From assembly GCA_965225815.1 (NCBI GenBank), contig CBDDBP010000007.1, forward strand, positions 221,621 through 285,620: 64,000 nucleotides of DNA, given 5' to 3'. This document shows, in pieces, positions 1 through 8,834 of the stretch (the first letter of the stretch is position 1; the number at the start of each line of letters is the position of its first letter). The notes under the pieces were generated by a model. The model searched no databases. It had not been told where the DNA came from and saw only the letters and a program-made list of their open reading frames with translations. The position numbers and the translations under genes are program-made. The stretch comes from Dehalococcoidia bacterium (GTDB taxonomy: Bacteria > Chloroflexota > Dehalococcoidia > DSTF01 > WHTK01).

Positions 1-5
1 CCTGG

Positions 6-236
6 CTAGCCTTCCTCGACCAGAAGCGGACCGCCGCGGTCTAGCACGTTGCCCTTCAGGTCGATCACCGCGGGACGTTCCTCACAGTAGAAACCGTCCT
101 CGCACTTATCAAAGTAGAGCGCTTCCCGCTCTCGGTCGTAACGGATCGTCCACGTACCGACGACGGCGCTGTTCGGGCCTTCCTTCAACTGATCATCGAT
201 GATGCGGGCCAGAGCTTTTAGCTGTTCTTTTCCCAT
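6..236 (-). CDS. hypothetical small protein (76 aa)
   Basis: Intact ORF in the six-frame track with no recognisable motif. Coding status is uncertain. Confidence 0.25.
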   Translation of the reverse strand: MGKEQLKALARIIDDQLKEGPNSAVVGTWTIRYDREREALYFDKCEDGFYCEERPAVIDLKGNVLDRGGPLLVEEG

Positions 237-305
237 TAGTCGCCTTCTTTACCCATAACTTCCCATTCGCGTCGATCTTAACGCAGCGGGCTTAACGCAG
301 CAGGC

Positions 306-1178
306 CTAGCCAATCGCCTCTTTGTAGCGGCGCATCGTGTCGATGTGGTCGCGGGGGTTGGCCAGGCCGGCGCCCATCGTGCTGAAGCAGAGGTAGTCGG
401 CGCCCATCCCTTCGAACATTTCGACATCTTTGGCCCAATCCTCAGGCCCTTTGTTCGCGATGCCTGCCGAAACCTGAATCTTGAACGCTTCAGGGTCTCG
501 GCCGTTGCTCTCGACCTGCCGCTTCAGCGCCTCAATCCTGCCCGGCAGCGCCTCGATGTCGGCTGGCTCGCGGACCATCGGGAACCAGCCATTGGATATT
601 CGCGCCGCTCGTTCCAGGACGGCTTCGGAAGCGCCGCCCATGAAAATCGGAATCGGCTGCTGGACAGGCATCGGGTTGAGGCCGGCGCGGTCGATCCGAT
701 GCCATTTGCCGTCGAAGTCGACGCTAGGTTGTGTCCAGAGGCGTCGGAGCACTTCGACCTGCTCCTCGACGCGGCGGCCCCGGTTGTGGAAGTCCTCATT
801 CAATGCTTCATATTCGACGTCATTCCAGCCCAAGCCGATACCAAGGCGCAGCCGGCCTCCGCTCAATACGTCGACCTCGGCGGCCTGTTTCGCGACGAGG
901 ACCGTCTGGCGCTGGGGCAGAATGAGGACGCCAGTGACAAATTCGATTCTTGATGTGAAGGCGGCCATGTAGCCGAACATCACGAACGGCTCGTGAAACG
1001 AGTCCTTATCGGAGTATCGCGTGCCCCAATCCGGACGATTGCTAACGTGGGCGCCCAGGACGTGGTCGTAGGCAAGGATGTGGTCGAATCCAAGCTCCTC
1101 GGCAGTCTGGGCGTAATCGCGCAGGATGACGGGATCGTGGCCGATTTCGGTCTGTGGGAACGTAACGCCAATCTTCAC
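306..1178 (-). CDS. luciferase-like monooxygenase (LLM) family, probable F420-dependent oxidoreductase
   Basis: 290 aa with the TIM-barrel LLM pattern (MKIGVTFPQTE..., ...LGIGLGWNDVEYEALNEDFHNRGRRVEEQ...) typical of the TIGR03619-like F420-dependent class. Confidence 0.6.
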   Translation of the reverse strand: MKIGVTFPQTEIGHDPVILRDYAQTAEELGFDHILAYDHVLGAHVSNRPDWGTRYSDKDSFHEPFVMFGYMAAFTSRIEFVTGVLILPQRQTVLVAKQAAEVDVLSGGRLRLGIGLGWNDVEYEALNEDFHNRGRRVEEQVEVLRRLWTQPSVDFDGKWHRIDRAGLNPMPVQQPIPIFMGGASEAVLERAARISNGWFPMVREPADIEALPGRIEALKRQVESNGRDPEAFKIQVSAGIANKGPEDWAKDVEMFEGMGADYLCFSTMGAGLANPRDHIDTMRRYKEAIG

Positions 1179-1474
1179 CAGGCAGACTCCTTATAGATCA
1201 GGGACGGTTGATTCTAGAGCGTTGATCATTTGGCCTGCAGTTGGCTCTGTCAATTCAAGCTGAAACGGTGCGGTGGTCAGGAGCGTTAGGCAATCAAGAG
1301 AGGCGTTGGCCTTATCGTCAGGAAGCCGGACCGGCATGGACTCCACTATTGTCACCGTTGCAGTGCTGTTGTTTCTGGGGCTAGACCTCGGGTTCGTCGC
1401 GATCGCCTTACTCTGGCTCAGTGAGCAGCGGGTGCGCGCGGATAAGACGGACGCCCGTAATCGAGATCGGCCGA

Positions 1475-2098
1475 TCAAGTACCGCTAGCCAGAAGCTGCT
1501 CGGCGCGTTCCATATCTTCTTCAGTGTTCACATTCAAGAAAGACACGCCGTCTTTATCGAGACGTTGCCACTCGGAGGGCTCGATAAATCTGACCTTCAC
1601 CGCGTCCAGAAAGCTCGTCATCTTGTATGACTGGGCTTCGAGCTGAGCCTCTATAGCCGGGATGCAGGTGGTTGCGTAGACGGCGCAGAGGGGCTCGGGC
1701 AGGCCATTGAGCGGCACAACCGCGTCGTGGCCGGGCTGAAGGCGTCGTAGCAGGGCGATCAGAGACGGTTTCAGCAAGGGCATGTCGCAGGCAACGGCAA
1801 CGGCGCGTGCCGCTGCCATGCTCGAGAGGCCAGTGTAAACACCGCCGAGCGGGCCGGCTCCCAGAAACAAGTCCTCGACATAAGTGATTGGACGGCTGGC
1901 ATAGACGGCAGGCAGCTCCTGACCGGCAGCCTTAACGACGACGTATTCGTCGACAATGCCGTCAAGGCGGTCGAGAACCCGCTGCAGCAGGCTGCGGCCG
2001 CGTAGGAGTTCGCTCGGCTTGTCGCGGCCGAAGCGGGTGCTCTTGCCGCCGGCGAGAATGATCCCGGCGAAGTGGCCTCCAGTAGTCATTACGAGCAT
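1475..2098 (-). CDS. mobA: molybdenum cofactor guanylyltransferase MobA
   Basis: GIILAGGKSTRFGRDK nucleotide-binding N-terminus and the MobA fold pattern. The six-frame ORF extends to 2251, but the internal Met (ATG at 2098) gives the canonical N-terminus and avoids overlapping the divergent padR. Confidence 0.65.
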   Translation of the reverse strand: MLVMTTGGHFAGIILAGGKSTRFGRDKPSELLRGRSLLQRVLDRLDGIVDEYVVVKAAGQELPAVYASRPITYVEDLFLGAGPLGGVYTGLSSMAAARAVAVACDMPLLKPSLIALLRRLQPGHDAVVPLNGLPEPLCAVYATTCIPAIEAQLEAQSYKMTSFLDAVKVRFIEPSEWQRLDKDGVSFLNVNTEEDMERAEQLLASGT

Positions 2099-2130
2099 TG
2101 TCGCGTGAAGAGGTGCCTTGACGATACTCA

Positions 2131-2146
2131 ATGATTGACCAATCAT
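2131..2146. promoter_or_regulatory. perfect 7-2-7 inverted repeat ATGATTG-AC-CAATCAT in the mobA/padR divergent promoter region; candidate operator
   Basis: Read directly from the sequence. It sits 10 nt upstream of the likely padR ATG (2156). PadR-family regulators commonly autoregulate through short inverted repeats. Confidence 0.3.
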
Positions 2147-2155
2147 GATTTGGCT

Positions 2156-2716
2156 ATGCCGAGAACGAAGACCTTCCTCACGCCTTCTGAATACGCCGTG
2201 CTCGGCTTGTTGCGGCGGCGGCCGGCATACGGCTACGAATTGCAGCGCCAACTGAGCGGCGGCCAGGGCCTGGCGCGGGTTTGCCCGGTGGAGCCGGCGA
2301 TGGTTTACGCGATCTTGAAGTCGCTATCCGGCCTGGAGCTTATCGACGGGGAGTGGGACAACAGCACGTACCCGCCAAGGGCCGTTTACGCCACGACACC
2401 TGAGGGAGAAGCGACCTTCCAGCGCTGGCTGCGGCAGCCCGTGGAGCGGCTGAGGCAGGTTCGGCATGACTTCATGGTCAAGCTGTACTTCGCCCTGGAG
2501 GAGGGACCAGGGAAAGCAGCCGAGCTAATCGAGCGACAGATCGAAGCGTGTAAAGCGTACGAACGGGGCGTTGAAGCCGGCATTGGAGAGGCGGACGAGT
2601 CCAGTTTCGACGCGATCGCGCTGCAATCCAGGGTGGTGGCGGTGCGAGGGACGCTGCAGTGGCTGAGGGCCAGCCAACGCAGTTTGAAGGCGAGCGTGGG
2701 AGCGGATGGGGCGTGA
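2156..2716 (+). CDS. PadR family transcriptional regulator
   Basis: Winged-HTH PadR signature (...YAVLGLLRRRPAYGYELQRQL...). The start is taken at ATG 2156; the track's TTG at 2135 is an alternative. The TGA stop overlaps the modA ATG (TGATG at 2714-2718). Confidence 0.6.
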   Translation: MPRTKTFLTPSEYAVLGLLRRRPAYGYELQRQLSGGQGLARVCPVEPAMVYAILKSLSGLELIDGEWDNSTYPPRAVYATTPEGEATFQRWLRQPVERLRQVRHDFMVKLYFALEEGPGKAAELIERQIEACKAYERGVEAGIGEADESSFDAIALQSRVVAVRGTLQWLRASQRSLKASVGADGA

Positions 2717-3540
2717 TGGGGCGTTATGGGAAGCGCGCCACGCTGGTCCTGCTGTTAACCATTGCGGGTGTCCTCGTGGCCTGTGGCGGCGGCGACAGCC
2801 GGACAGCTGAGTCGAGCGGGCCAACCGGGAAGATCACGGTTTTCGCGGCGGCATCACTCACGGAGGCTTTCAAAGAGATCGCTACAAAGTTCGAAGCGAC
2901 GTTCCAGGGTACGAAGGTCGATTTCAACTTCGCAGGAACGCCGACGCTGCGGACGCAGCTGGAGCAGGGGGCGCGGGCTGACGTATTCGCCAGCGCCAAC
3001 CGGGAGCAGATGGCTCTGGCGCAGGCTTCCGGTGTTGTGGAACCGTCGAGCCGCACCTTCGCAAGAAACTCGCTGGTGATCATTACGCCGGTGGAGAACC
3101 GGGCGAGTGTGGAATCGGTCGAAGACCTTGGGCGCGACGGGCTGAAGCTGGTATTGGCGCTGGAAGCGGTGCCGGTAGGCGCCTACACGCATCAGGCTTT
3201 GACGGCTATGTCGGTCGAGGCTGGTTACGGGCAGGGCTTCGGCGAAGCGGTGATGAGCCACGTGGTTTCGTTGGAGAGCAACGTCAAGCAGGTCGTGGCG
3301 AAGGTCGAGCTTGGCGAGGCGGATGCAGGGATCGTCTACGGGACCGACGTTACGCAGGAGCTCGCATCAAAATTGACGAGGATTGAGATTCCTGACGGAT
3401 TCAATGTGATTGCCGAGTATCCGGCGGCGCTGGTGACTGACCGTCGCAACGACGTGGTGGCTCGTCTCTTTATTGACTTCTTGCTGACAGAGCCGGCGCA
3501 GGCGATCCTGGCCCGCCACGGCTTCTCGGGAGTGGGCTAA
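2716..3540 (+). CDS. modA: molybdate ABC transporter substrate-binding protein ModA
   Basis: Lipoprotein-type signal (LVACGG), then ITVFAAASLTEAFKEIA...ADVFASAN, typical of ModA. The start ATG overlaps the padR stop. Confidence 0.75.
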   Translation: MGRYGKRATLVLLLTIAGVLVACGGGDSRTAESSGPTGKITVFAAASLTEAFKEIATKFEATFQGTKVDFNFAGTPTLRTQLEQGARADVFASANREQMALAQASGVVEPSSRTFARNSLVIITPVENRASVESVEDLGRDGLKLVLALEAVPVGAYTHQALTAMSVEAGYGQGFGEAVMSHVVSLESNVKQVVAKVELGEADAGIVYGTDVTQELASKLTRIEIPDGFNVIAEYPAALVTDRRNDVVARLFIDFLLTEPAQAILARHGFSGVG

Positions 3541-3541
3541 C

Positions 3542-4366
3542 GTGGCCTCCCAGGCGCGAGTGAGCATCGGCTTAGACACGACGCGGGCTTTTGCTCCGCT
3601 GGCACTGCTTTTCGTGGCGTTCGTGGCGCTGCCATTGGTGGCGCTAGGTTGGCGGGCAGTCGAGAGCGGCGAACTGGCCGACAACGTGACCTCGGAACTG
3701 GTCCTGGATGCGATGCGGCTGAGCGCGATCACGAGCACGATTACGCTGGTGCTGGCGGTCCTTTTCGGCACGCCGGTGGCGTATTTGCTGGCTCGCCGCG
3801 ACTTCCCCGGCAAGACGCTGGTGGACTTGCTGGTCGATCTGCCGATCGTCCTGCCGCCGACCGTGGCGGGCGTGGCGTTGTTGGTGGCCTTTGGGCGACG
3901 AGGCGTGCTTGGCGGTGAGTTAGACGCTCTGGGGATCGAGCTGGCGTTCACGACCGCCGCCGTTGTGATGGCGCAGCTCTTTGTCTCGGCCCCGTATTAC
4001 ATTCGCACCGTAAAGGCGGGATTCGAGGGAGTGAGCCCCGAGTATGAAGGCGTGGCGGCGACGCTGGGCGCGGGCCCGTTGCGCGTCTTCTGGCGCATTG
4101 TGCTGCCTCTGTCGTGGCCTTCGGTGCTGGCCGGCGCGATCTTGTGCTGGGCGCGCGCCCTGAGTGAACTGGGGGCGACGCTGGTCTTCGCCGGCAGCTT
4201 CCCGGAGCGAACCCAGACGATGCCGCTGGCGATCATCGGTGTCTTCGATTCCGGTTCGTCCGTGGATGTCGCGATCGCGCTGGCGGTGATCCTTGTGGTG
4301 GCGGCCGCGGCGATGCTTTTACTGCTGCGATTGGTGGCGCGACAGGCGACAAGGCCGGGCGTATGA
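3542..4366 (+). CDS. modB: molybdate ABC transporter permease ModB
   Basis: CysTW/ModB-type permease with the EAA-loop region (...ARALSELGATLVFAG...). GTG start sits 2 nt after the modA stop. Confidence 0.75.
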   Translation: MASQARVSIGLDTTRAFAPLALLFVAFVALPLVALGWRAVESGELADNVTSELVLDAMRLSAITSTITLVLAVLFGTPVAYLLARRDFPGKTLVDLLVDLPIVLPPTVAGVALLVAFGRRGVLGGELDALGIELAFTTAAVVMAQLFVSAPYYIRTVKAGFEGVSPEYEGVAATLGAGPLRVFWRIVLPLSWPSVLAGAILCWARALSELGATLVFAGSFPERTQTMPLAIIGVFDSGSSVDVAIALAVILVVAAAAMLLLLRLVARQATRPGV

Positions 4367-4367
4367 C

Positions 4368-5474
4368 GTGCTGACGGTCGACTTTGAGAAGCGGCTGGGC
4401 GACTTTCATCTGCGCCCGCGCTTTAATGCGGAAGATGAACTTGTCGTCCTGCTTGGCCCGTCGGGTTCCGGCAAGTCGCTGACACTACGCGCGATTGCCG
4501 GGCTCCTGGAGCCGGACGGCGGACGTATCGAGCTGCCATCCGGGCCGGTCTTTGATTCAGGGACGGGCCTGGATCTGCCGCCCCAAGCACGCAGCGTCGG
4601 TTACGTGGTGCAGGACCTGGCGTTGTTCCCACACCTGAGCGTGGCGGAGAACATTGCCTTCGGTCTTCATCGCTGGCCAAAGGCGGAGCAGCAGGCGCGT
4701 GTGCGGGAGCTGGTGGAGTTGCTCGGACTGGGCGGCATGGAGGGACGCCTACCCCGCGAGACCTCCGGCGGACAGCAGCAGCGAGTCGCGCTGGGGCGCG
4801 CGCTGGCGGCCCGGCCGCGCGTCTTGCTGCTGGACGAACCGTTCAGCGCCCTGGACGCTCCGATCCGGAATGCGTTGCGGCGTGAGGTGACACGGCTGAG
4901 GCGACAGCTGGGATTGCTGGCGCTATTCGTAACGCACGATCTACAAGAGGCGTACGCGCTGGCCGACCGCATTGCGATCTACGACGATGGCGCGGTCCTA
5001 CAAAGCGGACCGCGGGCTGAAGTCTTCCGGGACCCGGCGTCGATCCGCGTGGCTGAGCTTCTGGACGCGCGAAACATTTTCAAGGGTCGCGTCGTCTCAA
5101 AGACGGAGGCCTATACGGAAGTCGAGACGCCGTGGTTCGGAGTAAGGGCGCGTCCGGAGGCGAGGTTGGCATTGAACGCGCGCGCGGCCGTTAGTGTACG
5201 GCCAGAGCACGTCATCCTGCTACGCCGTGATAGGCCGCATACAAACCAGCTGGACACGACGCTGGATGTGGAGTTAATCGACGAAGTGCCGACAGGAAAT
5301 AACCACCGGCTCTACCTGAAGGTCATAGGGTCCGACAATGATCTGTGTGTCGTTGAAGCCGACGTGCCGGCGCACCCCTATCAGGTGATGGGTGTGGCGT
5401 CGAGGAGGGATTGGCGTGTGGCGTTAACTCTCGATGAAACCGTCGCAATCCCAATGGAGTACGAATTAACATAG
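4368..5474 (+). CDS. modC: molybdate ABC transporter ATP-binding protein ModC (with C-terminal TOBE-like domain)
   Basis: Walker A GPSGSGKS, signature LSGGQQQRVALGRAL, Walker B LLLDEPFSALD, and a C-terminal extension of about 130 aa. GTG start at 4368 sits just after the modB TGA. The track ORF begins upstream, in-frame, at 4293. Confidence 0.75.
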   Translation: MLTVDFEKRLGDFHLRPRFNAEDELVVLLGPSGSGKSLTLRAIAGLLEPDGGRIELPSGPVFDSGTGLDLPPQARSVGYVVQDLALFPHLSVAENIAFGLHRWPKAEQQARVRELVELLGLGGMEGRLPRETSGGQQQRVALGRALAARPRVLLLDEPFSALDAPIRNALRREVTRLRRQLGLLALFVTHDLQEAYALADRIAIYDDGAVLQSGPRAEVFRDPASIRVAELLDARNIFKGRVVSKTEAYTEVETPWFGVRARPEARLALNARAAVSVRPEHVILLRRDRPHTNQLDTTLDVELIDEVPTGNNHRLYLKVIGSDNDLCVVEADVPAHPYQVMGVASRRDWRVALTLDETVAIPMEYELT

Positions 5475-6496
5475 TGAATGTGTCTCCCGTAGGGCGTACC
5501 CAGCATCTCTTCCTGACAGCGCTTGCCGTCGGGATGCTGGCGTTGGCCTGTGGAGGAGACGACGCCACGCAATCGGGCGGCGGCGATAGCTCGACGACGA
5601 CGGAGCTCAGAGTCACCGACCCTCCCGAGGCCGCGATCGATCTAGATATGAGCCTCGACACGAAGTTTTACGAGGTCGAAGGTACGACAACCGAGTCGAT
5701 TTTCAACCACATCGAGCGCAACGGACCGACAGACGGCGATGGCAAGCGCGGCAGCGGCCTGACGTCTGTCGTGTGGGGCTATGAGTGGCAGGGCGGTTCA
5801 GAGGCCGGCGCCTGCACGATTCGTAGCATGACGATCAAGGCGGAGATGGTCGTGACGCTGCCCCAGCACGTCGAGGCCGAATCGTTGCCGATCGATATAG
5901 AGGATGACTGGCAAGCCTATGCCGACAGCGTGGAAGTGCACGAGCAAACGCACGTCGACATCTACGAAGATGGCGCGAAGACGATTCGAGAACGGATGCT
6001 GGTCATTGGCTCGATGTCAGACTGCGACGACCTCGAGGACGAAATCGACCGTGTCTGGGCCGAGGAGCAAGACGAGATCAACGGCTTGCAGGCAGAGTTC
6101 CACGAGCTGGAGTTCGATCGGCTGGCGCAGCAGAGAGCGCCGATAGCGGCGCAGATCGAGACGAATCGGGCGGAAATCAATTCGCTCCAGGTCCAGATCA
6201 GCGTGTTAGACGATGAGATTGCCGATCTCCGCACAGACATTGACGTTCTGATAATCCAGATAAACGACGTCGATGAGGAGATCAAGGCGGTCAACGCGTC
6301 GAACGAGTCTCAGTTGGACAAGCAGGCAAAGCTCATCGTGCTAATTCAGCAGCGCAACGCGCTACAGGCGCGGCACAACGAGGCGGTTGATGAGCACAAT
6401 GACGCGCTGGCCGAGCGACAGCCGCTGGTGTCGAGGCGCAATCAGCTGGTCGACGAGACGAACACACTGGTCGACGAGTTCAACTGGACGCGCTAG
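5474..6496 (+). CDS. lipoprotein with DUF922-like HExxH (predicted Zn-peptidase) domain and long C-terminal coiled coil
   Basis: Lipobox LALACGG, an HEQTH motif (HExxH) in the N-terminal half, and a C-terminal ~150 aa heptad-rich Leu/Ile/Gln/Asp region. GTG start overlaps the modC TAG stop. Confidence 0.45.
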   Translation: MNVSPVGRTQHLFLTALAVGMLALACGGDDATQSGGGDSSTTTELRVTDPPEAAIDLDMSLDTKFYEVEGTTTESIFNHIERNGPTDGDGKRGSGLTSVVWGYEWQGGSEAGACTIRSMTIKAEMVVTLPQHVEAESLPIDIEDDWQAYADSVEVHEQTHVDIYEDGAKTIRERMLVIGSMSDCDDLEDEIDRVWAEEQDEINGLQAEFHELEFDRLAQQRAPIAAQIETNRAEINSLQVQISVLDDEIADLRTDIDVLIIQINDVDEEIKAVNASNESQLDKQAKLIVLIQQRNALQARHNEAVDEHNDALAERQPLVSRRNQLVDETNTLVDEFNWTR

Positions 6497-6687
6497 GCGT
6501 CCGGCGGCGGTTGCTGCGGTATATAGAACTCGGCCATTGTCCAGATAAAGCCGGCGCCTACGGCACATGCACCGATTAGCAGGCCCGCAGAGGAGACAAG
6601 ATCCGGCAGGACTAGCAGCGTGAGGCTGCTAATGAGGATCAGGACGCCTCCAGCGAGGCTGAGTCGTAGGCCGCGTGACTCGAACAT
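6493..6687 (-). CDS. small hydrophobic protein (64 aa), hypothetical
   Basis: Two predicted TM helices. No homology recognised. Confidence 0.25.
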   Translation of the reverse strand: MFESRGLRLSLAGGVLILISSLTLLVLPDLVSSAGLLIGACAVGAGFIWTMAEFYIPQQPPPDA

Positions 6688-6730
6688 GACGAAGTCAGGT
6701 TAGCACGGGACCAAATCTGGCCCGGCCGGC

Positions 6731-7404
6731 TCAGTTCAGGCTGAAGGGCGGGTACTTGTCGGTAAAAGCGGCGAGATAGGCGATGACGCGGGCAGTCCAC
6801 CTTTGATAGCCGACCACGAAAGTGTGCAAGCCGGCCGGGAAGGAGCCCGTGAACAGGATCGCGATCTGGGCGATGAAGACCAAAAGCAGTGCAATGATCC
6901 CGATGACATAAAGGATGGCTAGGTGAGCAACCAACTCCATATTTGAATCGCCAGGATGAACTTGATCGGGAAGAACGGCAGGTTTAACCATCGATTCGGG
7001 TGCTCGGGATAGTCGACCTGCATTTGAAGGGGTCGATTAGGTCTCTGATCCAAGTCCATCGGTGGATAGTCGTCAAATAGGTTAAGCAGATAGGCGTTCT
7101 GATTCATGTACCAACGGAGTGCACCGACCTCGAGCTTGAAGAGCCCGCGTGGATGTCGTCCCGTGAAGAGAATTCCCCACAACGAAACGAATACAGCCAG
7201 AACTGCTGTGTATTGGAGATACGCGAGTACGATTAGGTGAGGAACTAGAAGAAGCAGACGTATAAATGTTCCTAGTAGGAGAGGGAGGCCCAATATCCGC
7301 GACTGTCGGGGTTCGCGCTGGATGTCCAGTCGCAAGGGATACGTCGAGGGCGAGTCACTGCCCACGGATTCTGTCGTCATGATCGTCTTCCCCATTACTT
7401 GCAA
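6731..7404 (-). pseudogene. DUF4389-family membrane protein with two tandem DUF4389 repeats, interrupted by a frameshift near 6935-6960
   Basis: Two overlapping ORFs (6919..7404 and 6731..6991) each contain the DUF4389 hallmark ...LFTG(R/S)xPxGLxxFxVGxxRWxxxxxAYLxxxxDxYPP.... The helix preceding repeat 2 is split between frames (FILAIQ | ELVAHLAILY), consistent with a 1-nt indel in the caaata region. Confidence 0.45.
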
Positions 7405-7508
7405 GCCAGTTAACTGCTAACGGGAATATGCGTCTGAGGGCCAGCCCACACGGTTGTCAAGGAGCAATGGTCAGATCGGGGACTGGTCGTTTTGATAGGC
7501 AGGGAGCG

Positions 7509-7707
7509 TCAGGCGAGTTCGAATCGTGGTGGCCGGGAGCTTTGAAGCCGGGGGTGCCCGGACCCCACTGAAGGGGCAGAGGGGTTTTCTTAAGGCCGAA
7601 GTATCAGGCGAGCTCGAATCGCGCGGGTTCTAGCCAAGGCTTTGAAGCCGGGGGTGCCCCGGACCTCACTGAAGGGGCAGACAAGGGGTTTTCTTTAGGT
7701 CGAAGTA
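7509..7707. repeat. tandem direct repeats (~95 and ~104 bp). Each copy begins with a copy of the last ~25 nt, including the stop codon, of the adjacent MBL gene
   Basis: R1 runs 7509-7603, R2 7604-7707, and the gene terminus starts at 7708. The shared opening is tcaggcgag(t/c)tcgaatcg.... Each unit contains the 42-nt element gctttgaagccgggggtgccc(c)ggacc(c/t)cactgaaggggcag. Confidence 0.7.
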
Positions 7708-8679
7708 TCAGGCGAGTTCGAATCGCGGTGGCTCGATCCACTCGCCGGTTGGGGGATTCTCCTGGAGGAAGACGGCGCGGCGACGGTCCTGCTCGCGGTA
7801 TTCATCGGCCTGGCTCAGAACGGCCTCGCGAGTGGCGTGCTCGGCGGCTTCCTGCGCCGTTTCGGCGTCTGTGGGCTTGTGCGGCTTACCGGCGTGGAGC
7901 TGAAGGCGCCCCTCCTTGTCCAGCTTTGTGAGGTGACTCTGGACGTTGCGGTCGGCCGTGCGCCTGAGGCGGGAGTCGATGTCGGTGTAGATACGCTCCA
8001 TGATTTGCCAGCTGGTCAGCGGCTCGTCTTTAGAGAGTTCGGTGAGGATCTGTGACTCGCGTGTCTCGCGGTGCGAGATGTACTCGTTGATCAGGGCGGC
8101 TGGATTTTCGATCAGCGGGCCGTGGCCGGGGCAGATAAGGCGGAGGTTCGGCAGGGCCCTGAGGCGTCGCAGGCTCTGCATGTAGTCGGCTAGATCGTTG
8201 ACCGCGGTTGTGCTGCCGCCAAGGATCGTATCCCCGGTAAACAGCACGCCTTCCTCCTCGAGGTAGAAGCAGAGCGAGTCTGGGCTGTGTCCAGGCGTGT
8301 GCATGACCTGGAGACGGACGCCGCCGCCGGGACTGAGCGTGCCGCCTTCGAAGAGCGGGAGGACGTGGTCGGGCAGCTTGCCTTCGAGGCGGGATGCAGT
8401 CTCGGGCGAGACGTGGGCCTCGGCGTTGAACTCCTCGCAGACCCAGCGCAGGTTCGAGGAGTGGTCGAAGTGGAAGTGAGACAGCGCGCTGAGGCCAATC
8501 TCCGCCTTTTCGGTCGCGGCGAGATAACCGCGCAGCATCCAGCGGTAGCGGTCTTCATCGGCGCCGGTGTCTATGGCTAAGACCTGGTCTCGGCCGACGA
8601 GGTAAATCGTGGTGAACTGCGGGTGCATCGGGTCCGTCTCTGGGACCTGAACGGCACGGACGCTGGGGCTGACCTGCAT
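7708..8679 (-). CDS. MBL-fold metallo-hydrolase
   Basis: HFHFDHSSN (HxHxDH) and HTPGHSPDS motifs, followed by a C-terminal ~90 aa extension. Confidence 0.65.
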   Translation of the reverse strand: MQVSPSVRAVQVPETDPMHPQFTTIYLVGRDQVLAIDTGADEDRYRWMLRGYLAATEKAEIGLSALSHFHFDHSSNLRWVCEEFNAEAHVSPETASRLEGKLPDHVLPLFEGGTLSPGGGVRLQVMHTPGHSPDSLCFYLEEEGVLFTGDTILGGSTTAVNDLADYMQSLRRLRALPNLRLICPGHGPLIENPAALINEYISHRETRESQILTELSKDEPLTSWQIMERIYTDIDSRLRRTADRNVQSHLTKLDKEGRLQLHAGKPHKPTDAETAQEAAEHATREAVLSQADEYREQDRRRAVFLQENPPTGEWIEPPRFELA

Positions 8680-8691
8680 GACGCCCTCATT

Positions 8692-8723
8692 CTACGTGGC
8701 TACGTGGCTACGTGGCGGCGTGG
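8692..8723. repeat. tandem octamer CTACGTGG x3 (+ CGGCGTGG), 13 nt upstream of the MBL start codon (within its 5' UTR/promoter)
   Basis: Read directly from the sequence. Related (C/T)GTGGGTGG motifs recur at 11157-11233. Confidence 0.5.
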
Positions 8724-8834
8724 GATGCCGGGGCGCACGGTGGCCGAGTTAACGGCGGGTATAATTGCCAAGCCCGCCGAACGGAGGTTTTATTGGACCA
8801 GAGTCCGCAAGGGTCGCAGGCGCGCTTCAAAGTG

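Noticed and set aside
7509-7720. GAGTTCGAATCG strings in the tandem repeats resemble a tRNA T-loop (GTTCGAATC), and the array superficially resembles a CRISPR array
   Set aside because: No acceptor, D or anticodon arms can be drawn. The string is simply the coding end (…RFELA*) of the MBL gene copied into each unit. The units are ~100 bp with no unique spacers, so it is not a CRISPR array.
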